This document shows, one piece after another, positions 29,401 through 38,192 of a DNA stretch of 64,000 nt. Source of the stretch: an uncultured Candidatus Saccharibacteria bacterium. Lineage in GTDB: Bacteria; Patescibacteriota; Saccharimonadia; CAILAD01; JADZBC01. Location: NCBI GenBank assembly GCA_964496815.1, contig CAZCAO010000002.1, forward strand, positions 6,265 through 70,264. Direction: 5' to 3'. How positions within the stretch are numbered: the stretch's first letter is position 1; each line of letters starts with the position of its first letter. A program made the position numbers and the translations under genes. The notes under the pieces were generated by a model that was given only the letters and a program-made list of their open reading frames with translations, searched no databases and was not told the DNA's origin.

Positions 29401-29944
29401 TACGATCAATCTTAACGGTCATCACACCATTAATGGCAGTTTCGATTTCTAGCCAGGCACCACGGCTTGGGATAATCTTTGCCCCAAAAAATTCATTTAG
29501 GCCGGTTTCGCTGCGAGTGAAGAATACACCAGGACTTCGCACTAGCTGAGATACGACGACACGTTCAACGCCATTAATTATGAATGTTCCGCGCTCGGTC
29601 ATGATCGGGAAATCACCCAAGAAAATTTCTTGAGTTCGGACTTCGCCAGTTTCTTTAATTAAAAGTTCGATGTTGGCTCGCAATGGAGCTTCGTATGACA
29701 GATTCTTTTCCTTCGCCTGCTCTTCAGTCAGCTTAGGCTCTTCGAAATAATGGTCTTTGAAATATAAATCGAATTTCTTACCAGTAAAGTCTGATACTGG
29801 AGAGACTTCGGTGAAAAGCTCGGTCAGACCTTCACGAACGAACCACTTGTAGGATTCAGTCTGGATGTCAATGAGGTTTGGTAATGGTAGTACTTCTTTA
29901 TTATCGTTTAGGTAAATACGATTTGCTGCAGCTTTTTGAGGCAT
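26402..29944 (-). CDS. rpoB: RNA polymerase beta subunit
   Basis: 1180-aa protein with conserved beta-subunit blocks and an acidic C-terminal tail. Confidence 0.97.
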   Translation of the reverse strand: MPQKAAANRIYLNDNKEVLPLPNLIDIQTESYKWFVREGLTELFTEVSPVSDFTGKKFDLYFKDHYFEEPKLTEEQAKEKNLSYEAPLRANIELLIKETGEVRTQEIFLGDFPIMTERGTFIINGVERVVVSQLVRSPGVFFTRSETGLNEFFGAKIIPSRGAWLEIETAINGVMTVKIDRKRKLPVTTLLRAFGYGTDAELKDLFAHVDTGEVKFIDETIAKDSSSSTAEALMEVYRRIRPGDLATVENSKSLIDSMFFDFKRYDFSKVGRYKLNKRLNLDVKNIPENRVLRKEDLIAIIAEAIRMSNAGEMSEDIDHLANRRLKMVGEQIQQRFRLGILRMERIIKDRMGVADIETVAPGQLINVRPIVASVKEFYASHQLSQFMEQINPLAELVHKRRLNAMGPGGLSRERAGFEVRDVHRTHYGRICPIETPEGPNIGLVSTLASYAKVNEYGFIETPYLKVVNEVNAADGAGEILRANVKDAKGTVLAKKGDKLTEAMAKKIAKAGVETVPVKARLTDQIVYLDAADEEKCVIAQANTPTDEHGYFLAERLSVRGINGEADDEEADKVQYMDVSSKQTVSVSTALIPFLEHDDPKRALMGANMQRQAVAVVRPQAPVVGTGIEAKAAMDSGQVILAEQDGEVLSATASEITVAYKKGENKTYSLTNFVRSNAGAAIHQRVAVFAGDKIKKGDVLADGMSTVNGELALGQNVLVAFMPFDGYNYEDAVIISQRLVQDDRYTSIHIEDHQIDVRDTKLGPELVTRDIANVSEDALKDLDENGIVRIGAEVSAGDILVGKITPKGETDLSSEERLLRAIFGEKARDVKDTSLTMPNGSSGKVVGVKILSKENGDDLPSGVLQQIYVSVAELRKISVGDKMAGRHGDKGVISRILPVEDMPYLEDGTPVDIILNTLGVGTRMNLGQILETHLGWAANALGYSVATPVFDGVSVEQIKAELKKAGLPEDGKAQLFHGFSGEPFAQKTTVGYKYMLKLHHMVDDKIHARSTGPYAMVTQQPLGGKAQMGGQRFGEMEVWALEAYGAANTLQEMLTIKSDDVIGRSKAYESIIKDEAIKGSRIPESFNVLVKELQSLTLAVELEKGPGLEIDAEEMLADVTEDEAIELGESELMVGNEPMDGQAVVDLEDLGAEDSFEVLAQVSEEIGPDEEDLKQVEGEEV

Positions 29945-30149
29945 AGATGCTCATCTCCTAGGTTATTTTGGCGCCAAACAACACGTTGATCAGACGTGTC
30001 AGAAACACTTTTTACTTTTAACAAATAAAAACGTGATAAAGAAGGTTTTTCTAAACCGACAAAAAACCGGCAGGCCCAATATGGCTATTCCGGTATTCTC
30101 GTTTAAGCATCCTCTTAGATACAATCGTATAGGAGTAGAAGCTAGTTTG

Positions 30150-31397
30150 TCAAGGGTTTTTAACGATTAGTTTATTCAAGCTGCGACGCTGCACCACCAG
30201 ATAGACCACTATCAATACTGCGACCGCAATAAGCACTGTCAGTGGTGAAACTAAATCTGCGGTCACGCCGGCGAGTAGGACCGGTATCGTCGCGGCAATA
30301 TTCACCATCATATTAAGGGCCCCAAATATCTTACCCCGCGTCTCCTCGGTGCTATTAAGCTGCAGGAGCGTTTGTGCCGAAACGCTAACCAAGGCGTTAG
30401 CAAAACCCAACGATAAAGCGAGTACAGACACCGTTAGGGCAATATTTGAAACTGGCAACTCTTTTACTAGCCCGAGTGCCAAAAGACAGGTGGCAGCGAG
30501 CAATAACCCTATCTCGATTAGTCGTACTTTGTTTTTCTTACGCAAAAACTGACCAATAATGATCGCGCCACCGACCATGCCAATCCCAGCAGGTAGAATA
30601 AACACCTGGCTTGAAGTAGCTAAACTACGCCCTAATAACAGAAGTGATAAGGCCGGTGCCAAAACAATGATGATATTAGTCAGGCCCTGCGCGATGGTGA
30701 GCTGAAGAATCGGAAATAGGAGCTTGCGGTTATGATAGATATTGCTGAGATTAGAACGTAAGCTGCCTCGTACTTGACTTGCAATTGCAGCGAGTGGAAT
30801 GTCTCGCTTATCAACTGCGCGCAACGGCGGCAGCATGGCGCTAAGTACCGCTGCGACCAAGAAGCAAACTGATGTAACAACATAAACTGCCTCTATCCCC
30901 CAACTGCCAATAATCGGCCCGGCGAGCGAATAACCAACAATGAAAGAGCCATAGATTGTAAAAAGAAAAAGCGAGTTAGCTGGTACTAAGTCGTTTTTCT
31001 TAACTATATTTGGCAAAGCCGAGCCTTCTGCAGGTACAAAGAACTGTGTAATGGTCGATATCACGAATATCAATCCATACACCAAGAGGAGATTCTTCTC
31101 GACCAGGAAAAACAGCAAAACCAAGGCTGCTCGCAGGATATTCGTGAGAACCAGGACTTTTTTGCGATCCAAGTGGTCGATAAATGCACCAGCAAAAACC
31201 GCAAAGAATATCGAGGGTAACCCGAAAGACAGAATAAATATACTCACCGCGATATTGGCGTAGCGAGTTCCAGCCGCCAACTCATACACGCGAAGAATCA
31301 GCGCAAAGTTAAGAATGTTTGCAGCTAACTGCGAGAAGAGCTGTGCACCCCACAGCTTATCAAAATTCCAGTTCTTAAGTAGACTGCGATAAGCCAT
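30150..31397 (-). CDS. MFS transporter
   Basis: 415-aa protein with about 12 TM segments and an MFS-type loop (DHLDRKKV). Confidence 0.75.
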   Translation of the reverse strand: MAYRSLLKNWNFDKLWGAQLFSQLAANILNFALILRVYELAAGTRYANIAVSIFILSFGLPSIFFAVFAGAFIDHLDRKKVLVLTNILRAALVLLFFLVEKNLLLVYGLIFVISTITQFFVPAEGSALPNIVKKNDLVPANSLFLFTIYGSFIVGYSLAGPIIGSWGIEAVYVVTSVCFLVAAVLSAMLPPLRAVDKRDIPLAAIASQVRGSLRSNLSNIYHNRKLLFPILQLTIAQGLTNIIIVLAPALSLLLLGRSLATSSQVFILPAGIGMVGGAIIIGQFLRKKNKVRLIEIGLLLAATCLLALGLVKELPVSNIALTVSVLALSLGFANALVSVSAQTLLQLNSTEETRGKIFGALNMMVNIAATIPVLLAGVTADLVSPLTVLIAVAVLIVVYLVVQRRSLNKLIVKNP

Positions 31398-31412
31398 GGT
31401 GCGCTTAATCGC

Positions 31413-32012
31413 CTACTTGTCGGAGCTATTTAATACGCTGTCCACTACACCGTAGGCTTTTGCCTCATCGGCGCTCATCCAGAAGTCACGATCACTATCA
31501 TCGGCAACTTTTTCCACTTTTTGACCGGTTTTTTCTGCAATTATCTCATTGAGCTTTTGGCGGATTTTTATAATCTCTTTGGCAGTAATCTCAATGTCAG
31601 ACGCCGTGCCGCTAAAGCCTCCGGATGGCTGATGGATCATTACGCGCGAATTAGGTAGCGCAAATCGCTTGCCTTTAGCGCCGCATGCCGCCAAAAAGGC
31701 GCCCATGCTTGCGGCCATGCCGACTACGATGGTCGATACGTCGGGCTTGATATGCTGCATTGTGTCATAGATTGCCAAGCCAGCAGACACACTACCGCCT
31801 GGAGAATTAATATATAGCTTAATCTCCTCTTTTGGATCCTCACTTTGCAGGAATAAGAGCTGGGCTATTACGAGATTAGCAACTGTTTCGTCGATTTCCG
31901 TACCCAGAAAGATAATACGATCCTTGAGAAGTCGAGAATATATATCATAAGCCCGTTCACCAAGGGCTGTTTTCTCTATCACGGTCGGGATGAGAATTTG
32001 ATTTCTCTCCAT
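31413..32012 (-). CDS. clpP: ATP-dependent Clp protease proteolytic subunit
   Basis: Trimmed to the Met 4 nt after AGGAGG. ClpP Ser/His region (GMAASMGAF...MIHQP). Confidence 0.93.
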   Translation of the reverse strand: MERNQILIPTVIEKTALGERAYDIYSRLLKDRIIFLGTEIDETVANLVIAQLLFLQSEDPKEEIKLYINSPGGSVSAGLAIYDTMQHIKPDVSTIVVGMAASMGAFLAACGAKGKRFALPNSRVMIHQPSGGFSGTASDIEITAKEIIKIRQKLNEIIAEKTGQKVEKVADDSDRDFWMSADEAKAYGVVDSVLNSSDK

Positions 32013-32041
32013 ATAGCCTCCTTTACTTAGCTGCAAAAAAA

Positions 32042-33322
32042 CTATTTGCCTAAGGCATATTGTACCAAGAGCTGGCGTGCTTTGGTAGCAAGCAAGTGCT
32101 GAGCAAGATCATCTCGGAAATGTCCATGTGTCATTTCTTCAAGCATATGCTTATCGGTATACTGAGTGCGCAGCTTCTGAAGTTCGGTTTCGATTTCGTC
32201 GTCACTTACATCGATATTATTGGTATCAACAATATGTCGGATCAAAAGACCGGTTTTAACGCGCTTCTCGGATTCTTCGTTGAGCTCCTTCTCAAACTCA
32301 TCCTTAGCCTTACCACTTACCGCTAGGTACTTTTCGACATCTAGCCCGCTCTGCTTCAAGTTATCTTCCACCTCATGCTGCAAGCGGTGTTTTTGCTCAT
32401 TGATCAACAACGGTGCAACTTCAAACTTAGCCTGCTTAAGAGCCTCTGCCATGACCTTCTGTTCGTATTCCTGGGCGGCCTGATCAGATTTCTGCACCTT
32501 AATCTTCGCTTCGATATCAGAGCGAAGTTCGGCGACAGATTTGAAATCACCAATAGCTTTAGCAAAATCGTCATCAACCGCCGGAAGATCAATACTATTT
32601 ACTTCGTTTAATTTAACTTTGAATTTAAGCTTAGCGTTCGCTAGATCCTTAGCATGGTAATCTTTCGGGAAAGTTACTTCAAATTCCTTTTCATCGCCCT
32701 CTTTGAGGCCTACAATATTTTCCTCAAACCCTGGGATAAACCGCCCTTCGCCAAGTGTAATCTCGCTATTCTGGGCAGCTGCACCTTCCACTGGCTTGCC
32801 TTCACGAGTTCCTTCGAAGTCAACCTTTACCTTATCGCCTGTCTTTGCGGGTTCCTTGCTTGGCTTTTCGCTCGACATCTGTTTACGTAAACCTTCAATC
32901 GTCTCATCGACCTCTTTAGTCTCAACCTTAACAGCCTCTTGCTTTAGCTTAAGCTTAGTCGGGTCAAAAGAAATTTTTGGCATTATCGCTGCTGTAGCGA
33001 CGTATTCTAGTTCGGTGTAGGGTACAAACTTCTTGAGCTCGACTTTAGGTGAGGCAATTGTCTCAAGCTTCTCGGCAACCACTGCGTCAGTGTAAGAGCG
33101 GGCGACCGCTGCTTCGAGCACTTCAGCCTGTAGCTCATTCTGATCTAGGTGGCGCTCTACGATGTTATCCGGGGCTTTGCCTGGTCGAAAACCAGCTACT
33201 TTTACGCCTGATTTCATGCGATTCACGACAGTCTTCTTGACGTCTTCGAGGTAATCAGCAGTTAGTTCAACTTTCAGCTCAACTTGTGAGTTTTTGGTGG
33301 AGGTAATTTCATGTTTAATCAT
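32042..33322 (-). CDS. tig: trigger factor
   Basis: Trimmed to [20 protein letters not shown]. The upstream part of the track ORF runs through a hairpin. Confidence 0.88.
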   Translation of the reverse strand: MIKHEITSTKNSQVELKVELTADYLEDVKKTVVNRMKSGVKVAGFRPGKAPDNIVERHLDQNELQAEVLEAAVARSYTDAVVAEKLETIASPKVELKKFVPYTELEYVATAAIMPKISFDPTKLKLKQEAVKVETKEVDETIEGLRKQMSSEKPSKEPAKTGDKVKVDFEGTREGKPVEGAAAQNSEITLGEGRFIPGFEENIVGLKEGDEKEFEVTFPKDYHAKDLANAKLKFKVKLNEVNSIDLPAVDDDFAKAIGDFKSVAELRSDIEAKIKVQKSDQAAQEYEQKVMAEALKQAKFEVAPLLINEQKHRLQHEVEDNLKQSGLDVEKYLAVSGKAKDEFEKELNEESEKRVKTGLLIRHIVDTNNIDVSDDEIETELQKLRTQYTDKHMLEEMTHGHFRDDLAQHLLATKARQLLVQYALGK

Positions 33323-33372
33323 AGTTCCATATCTTAACAGAAAATTTCCAGATTTAACAGAGCTCCAGTCTG

Positions 33373-33414
33373 CCAATGAAAAGCACCTACGTGACATTGG
33401 GTGCTTTTCATTGG
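33373..33414 (-). terminator. 15-bp hairpin immediately 3' of tRNA-Leu
   Basis: CCAATGAAAAGCACC-12 nt-GGTGCTTTTCATTGG. The stem begins at the tRNA CCA end. Confidence 0.5.
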
Positions 33415-33498
33415 TGCGGATGAAAGGACTCGAACCTTCACGAGTATTACCTCACTAGCTCCTAAGGCTAGCGTGTCTACCAATTCCACCACATCCGC
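33412..33498 (-). tRNA. tRNA-Leu (anticodon UAG), CCA encoded
   Basis: Hand-folded cloverleaf: acceptor GCGGAUG/CAUCCGC, anticodon stem CUAGC/GCUAG with loop CUUAGGA, a long variable arm, and the T-loop GGUUCGAGUCC. Confidence 0.9.
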
Positions 33499-33525
33499 TC
33501 GTCAATAGTTCTTTAATAGCTAGGC

Positions 33526-34059
33526 CTACTTTTTCGTCAGCACAGTAATCATGCTATCGCCGTAGGCCTTTTGCCTGACCACTTCTAGCCTGGCAGGCGC
33601 TTCAAATTCCACCTTGCTTGACGTACTCACTATCAGAGTGCCCTGATATTGTAGCAAATCACCTGCCTGCTCGACTATAGCTATATCAAAGTCCGCATAC
33701 GGTGGGTCCATCAAAATCACATCGTACTCGTCTTTGATGTGTCGCAAGAACTGCTCGGCCGTTCGTGTAAATATCTGCACACCCCCTGATACCCCAAGAT
33801 TATCAACATTTTGTGCAATTACCCGGGCCACCCGACTATGCTTTTCGACAAAGTCCACACTTTCTGCTCCGCGGCTGAGGGCCTCGAGTCCCAACGCGCC
33901 GCTACCTGCAAATATATCAAGTACTTTAGCCCCAACAACTTCATCCCCAAGACTACTAAAGATTGCTCCTCTGACTTTTTCGTTTACTGGCCGCGTTAAC
34001 GAACTCGGCGGTTGAGCCAAGGCCCTCCGCGCATACTTGCCCGAGATAATCTGTAACAC
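33526..34059 (-). CDS. rsmD: 16S rRNA (guanine966-N2)-methyltransferase
   Basis: DPPY motif (LMDPPYADF) and the SAM-binding motif VLDIFAGSGALGLEA. Confidence 0.85.
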   Translation of the reverse strand: MLQIISGKYARRALAQPPSSLTRPVNEKVRGAIFSSLGDEVVGAKVLDIFAGSGALGLEALSRGAESVDFVEKHSRVARVIAQNVDNLGVSGGVQIFTRTAEQFLRHIKDEYDVILMDPPYADFDIAIVEQAGDLLQYQGTLIVSTSSKVEFEAPARLEVVRQKAYGDSMITVLTKK

Positions 34060-34823
34060 TATTTTTCCTTAACCAGATGAGGTGTATTACCCGCCTGCTC
34101 ATAAGCAAGGAGCCAAGCAGCCGCTACAAGCTGGGGTATGCGCGGTACAACTGAAAGCTTAATTTCGCGCGCCAACTTATTACTCCAGCCTTTTTTTAGA
34201 AACTTGTCATACAAGCCAAGTTGCGAAATACGATATGATTCTTCACGCACACAATGCGCCAAGCCATTCTTCTTGATCCGATCATAGAGCGCCCAATCAA
34301 AGCTTGCGCGGATTGGCGACATTATCATCGAAGTTGCAATCCCAGCCTCAAAATGCACATGAGAACTCATCAGCCCCTTGCGACCCCAATACAGCCACCC
34401 TTTACGTGCCTTGCTCTTCTCTTCATACTCAGCTGCGATCAAATCATGACTTAAGTGGTGCGCCGGAGTCAGGCTATCAGTTAAATAATGAGCCATCCAG
34501 CCAGCATGAAAGCTAGCTTCTACCATATCGCCTTCACGTAGAGCCTGCGACAAACTTGCCAGGTGGCTTTCTATCCAGGTGGGTAGAAAACCGATCTCGT
34601 TAACAGGGTCCCACATGTGATTGGTGTCATAATTGCCCTTAAACTTCAGGCCATCTGGTCCACCGATACCCTCAAACAGTAAAATGTCCTTCCGACGCGG
34701 AAATGAATCGTGATCGATTAGGGGCGAGATCAAACGAAAAGCCTCCCGATCAAAGCGCTGGTGCGTGCCAACCGAGCGAAAAGCTTTGCCCTTGACGGCA
34801 AATGTTAAAAATCCTGAGTTCAT
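34059..34823 (-). CDS. zinc-dependent phospholipase C / P1 nuclease superfamily-like hydrolase
   Basis: AHYLTDSLTPAHH matches the superfamily pattern HYxxDxxxPxH, and there are several His/Asp ligand candidates. Confidence 0.5.
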   Translation of the reverse strand: MNSGFLTFAVKGKAFRSVGTHQRFDREAFRLISPLIDHDSFPRRKDILLFEGIGGPDGLKFKGNYDTNHMWDPVNEIGFLPTWIESHLASLSQALREGDMVEASFHAGWMAHYLTDSLTPAHHLSHDLIAAEYEEKSKARKGWLYWGRKGLMSSHVHFEAGIATSMIMSPIRASFDWALYDRIKKNGLAHCVREESYRISQLGLYDKFLKKGWSNKLAREIKLSVVPRIPQLVAAAWLLAYEQAGNTPHLVKEK

Positions 34824-34833
34824 AAGGTTATAT

Positions 34834-36879
34834 TTAATCCAGTGTTGTTATTGCCTTGAGCTGATTAAGGCGCTTAAGCATATGCGGATATTCTACCATG
34901 GAGCCTGCTTCTAGGAAAGCCTCGGCCGCCTTGCGCACACGGGCCACTAACTTCGCATCCATAATGTTTGCCATCCGCAAATCAAGTACACCATGCTGAC
35001 GAGCGCCATAAATTTCACCCGGCCCACGCATTTCTAAATCTATCTGGCTTAAGCGAAAACCGTCATGAGTCCGCTCCATGGCCCGCAAACGCTTGATCGT
35101 ATTAGGGTTATCGCTATTGGCCAACAAGTAGCAATACGCCTGCTGACCACTCCGACCCACACGACCTCGCAGCTGGTGTAGTGCTGCCAACCCGAAACGC
35201 TCGGCACTTTCAATCACCATGACCGTTGCATTCGGGATGTCGACCCCGACTTCAATCACCGTGGTAGCTACTAAGATATCAATCTTGCCTTGGGCAAATT
35301 GACTCATAATGTGTTGCTTCTCGTCTGGCTTGAGTTTGCCGTGCAATACTTCGATGGTGCGCTGCGCAAATACACCACTACTCAAACGATCGTATTCTTG
35401 TTCGACGCTCTTTACTCCTAGGCTATCTGATTCGGTTATCAAGGGACAGACCACAAAGACTTGTTGCCCCTGGCCAATCAACGCGTCGATATGTGCTTCC
35501 ATATCTGACCGATCACCTTCTAGTACTAACTTTGTTTTAACTGGCAAACGGCCGGGCGGGAGCTCATCGATAATACTAACGTCTAGCTCACCATAAACTA
35601 CCAGGGCCAAACTCCGTGGGATTGGTGTTGCTGTCATAGTCAGTACGTGCGGCATAGTGTCGGACTGTGCTTTCAGGAGCCTGCGCTGATTTACCCCAAA
35701 CCGATGCTGCTCGTCAATAACAACTAGCCCAAGCTTCCGAAACGTTACACTCTCTTCTAAAAGCGCATGGGTGCCGATCACCAACTGTGACTCCCCAGTG
35801 GCTATGCGTGCTTTGGCGGCCGTCTTCTCAGACTGCTTCAGGCTACCCGCCAGCCAGTCGACACCTACACCGAGTGGCTCTAGTAATTTCCGGCTGGAGG
35901 CAAGATGTTGGCGCGCCAATATCTCGGTTGGCACCATAAGCGCCACCTGGTAGCCTCCTCGGATTGCTACGAACGCCGCCATCAGCGCCACCATAGTCTT
36001 ACCACTACCGACATCCCCTTCGAGCAAGCGATTCATTGGTTTGTCCTTCTCCATATCCTGAAACACTGCCCAAGCAGACTTTTTTTGGCCTTTCGTTAAA
36101 TCAAAATGAAGCAAGCCTAGAAGTTGTTCCACCGCAGCCAAATCAAAGGCAATCGGCGGTGCAGGGTCAAGCTTTATGTCGTGTTTTAATGCGAGTGCGG
36201 AGACCATAAGCATAAAGAGCTCCTCAAATGCCAAGCGCTCCTTTGCAGCAGTCAAAGCCTGTGACGACGCCGGCTGATGCAATGTCCGAATTGCTTCCTG
36301 ATAACTAACCAGCCCCTGCTCTTGTCGCACAGTCTCCGGCAGGACGTCTTCAAGATCCTTGGCCAAATGAATAACCTGACCCACGAGCTTCATAATAAGC
36401 TTTGAGCTAATCGCGTTATTCTCTCGATAAACTGGAATAATATGTGGACTATTGGCCGCCGGCTTAGTTTCGAAGACGGGGTTTTGCAAACTCAAATGAT
36501 TACTACGAAACTCAAACTTACCCCGAAACAGATATGTTGAGCCTTCGTGAAGCTGGCTTTTTACAAATGGCTGATTAAACCAAACTGCTTTTATCGTACC
36601 TGTGCCGTCCGTGATAATTGCCTCAACCACACTCAGTTTTTTGTTGCGAAATGAGCGTCGTGATTCAATGTGCTCCACTGTGCCGACTACCGTGACTAAG
36701 CCTGGATGAATATGAGCAATATCCGCAACCAAGCTGTAGTCATCCCAGCGACGCGGGAAAAACTCAAGCAAGTCCTTGGCGGTATAAAGCCCGAGCCGGC
36801 CAAGACCACGATTAAGTACATCCCCTACTCCTTTGAGTTCACTCAGCGGGGTATCGAGTCGAACCCGCTGAGAACTCAT
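34834..36879 (-). CDS. recG: ATP-dependent DNA helicase RecG
   Basis: 681-aa protein with a wedge domain and SF2 helicase motifs (GDVGSGKT, DEQHRFG). Confidence 0.93.
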   Translation of the reverse strand: MSSQRVRLDTPLSELKGVGDVLNRGLGRLGLYTAKDLLEFFPRRWDDYSLVADIAHIHPGLVTVVGTVEHIESRRSFRNKKLSVVEAIITDGTGTIKAVWFNQPFVKSQLHEGSTYLFRGKFEFRSNHLSLQNPVFETKPAANSPHIIPVYRENNAISSKLIMKLVGQVIHLAKDLEDVLPETVRQEQGLVSYQEAIRTLHQPASSQALTAAKERLAFEELFMLMVSALALKHDIKLDPAPPIAFDLAAVEQLLGLLHFDLTKGQKKSAWAVFQDMEKDKPMNRLLEGDVGSGKTMVALMAAFVAIRGGYQVALMVPTEILARQHLASSRKLLEPLGVGVDWLAGSLKQSEKTAAKARIATGESQLVIGTHALLEESVTFRKLGLVVIDEQHRFGVNQRRLLKAQSDTMPHVLTMTATPIPRSLALVVYGELDVSIIDELPPGRLPVKTKLVLEGDRSDMEAHIDALIGQGQQVFVVCPLITESDSLGVKSVEQEYDRLSSGVFAQRTIEVLHGKLKPDEKQHIMSQFAQGKIDILVATTVIEVGVDIPNATVMVIESAERFGLAALHQLRGRVGRSGQQAYCYLLANSDNPNTIKRLRAMERTHDGFRLSQIDLEMRGPGEIYGARQHGVLDLRMANIMDAKLVARVRKAAEAFLEAGSMVEYPHMLKRLNQLKAITTLD

Positions 36880-38084
36880 TGCTTTAGAGCAATCCTCTTA
36901 AACCGTTTTTTTCCTATTTGTAAGACATCACCATCAGCGAACTCTATTTCGCCATCTTGAATCGGCTGACCATTAACTTTAAGACCGTTTTGCTCGAGAA
37001 GCCTGCGCACTTCAGATTTACTCATGTCAAACTCACTACTAACCAGAGTGGCGATATCTTGCCGAGCATCGCTCAGACGAAGTTCTTCTATGTCTTCGGG
37101 GAGCTCCTTATTACTAACTTGCTCAGTCCAGGCCTGGCGAGCATGCCGCCCGGCTTCTGCATCGTAGTACATACCGACAATCTCTTCGGCGAGTTGCAAC
37201 TTCATGTCTCTTGGATTCTCACCATTAATAAGTGCTTGCTTAATCTGTTCAATGTTCTGCATCGAAAGCCGCGTACAATCCACGTAAACTTGCACGATCC
37301 CACTATCAGGCAATCTCATTACTCCTGCAAACATCCCGAAAGGATCTTCTTTGAGAGAAACTCCAGTACCTTGGCTCTTGCTCATCATCTTTTCTCCAGT
37401 CAAAGGATCCTCGAGCAAAGTCGTGGTAATTACAAACTTCTCGCGATTCTGGTAGCGCTTCACGAGTGTGCGACCAGCTAGCATGTTAAAGGTTTGGTCA
37501 GTACCCCCAATCTCAATATCTGCCTGCAAAGCAACTGAATCATAGCCCTGCATAAGCGGGTAGAAAAATTCGTGCACAAACAGGGGCTTTTCTTCATTAA
37601 CACGTTTAGCAAACGCGTCCCTTTCCAGCATCTGCTGAACAGTAAAGTTCGAAGCCAGATCAACACTGTCTTCGAATGTCAGCTTAGCAAGCCATTCTGA
37701 ATTAAAACGAAAATGGATAGGGTTAGCCCTATTGTCTAGATCGAGAATCTTGCCAATTTGCAACTTATAGCTTTCGAGATTTTTTTTAACTTCGTCTTTG
37801 GTTAACCGACGGCGAGCTGCAGACTTATCACTTGGATCACCAATCATTGCTGTAAAATCACCGACCAGAACTGTAATATTGTGACCTAATTCGTGGAGGC
37901 GCTCCAGTAATAAATAGTTCGTGCTGTGACCCAAATGAATATAGTCGGCCGTAGGATCAATACCCATGTATACATTCAGCTTTTTATCGCTCGTGAGCAC
38001 CTTTTGCAGATCCTCCCGAGACGGATAGATCGTATCAACCGAACGAGTCAACAATTCTTCAATTTTGTCTTGTTTACTTACCAT
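36876..38084 (-). CDS. tyrS: tyrosine--tRNA ligase
   Basis: HIGH-type motif (YIHLGHSTN), a KMSKS variant (KMMSKS) and a C-terminal S4-like domain. Confidence 0.85.
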   Translation of the reverse strand: MVSKQDKIEELLTRSVDTIYPSREDLQKVLTSDKKLNVYMGIDPTADYIHLGHSTNYLLLERLHELGHNITVLVGDFTAMIGDPSDKSAARRRLTKDEVKKNLESYKLQIGKILDLDNRANPIHFRFNSEWLAKLTFEDSVDLASNFTVQQMLERDAFAKRVNEEKPLFVHEFFYPLMQGYDSVALQADIEIGGTDQTFNMLAGRTLVKRYQNREKFVITTTLLEDPLTGEKMMSKSQGTGVSLKEDPFGMFAGVMRLPDSGIVQVYVDCTRLSMQNIEQIKQALINGENPRDMKLQLAEEIVGMYYDAEAGRHARQAWTEQVSNKELPEDIEELRLSDARQDIATLVSSEFDMSKSEVRRLLEQNGLKVNGQPIQDGEIEFADGDVLQIGKKRFKRIALKQ

Positions 38085-38192
38085 ATGTAGACATTATATC
38101 ACCTTCACCAGCTCTATTCGAGCAAGCCGAAATTCGCACTTGTTTTTGCCTGTACATGGTATAATTAGAACAGTAAATTACATAGGAAATGC

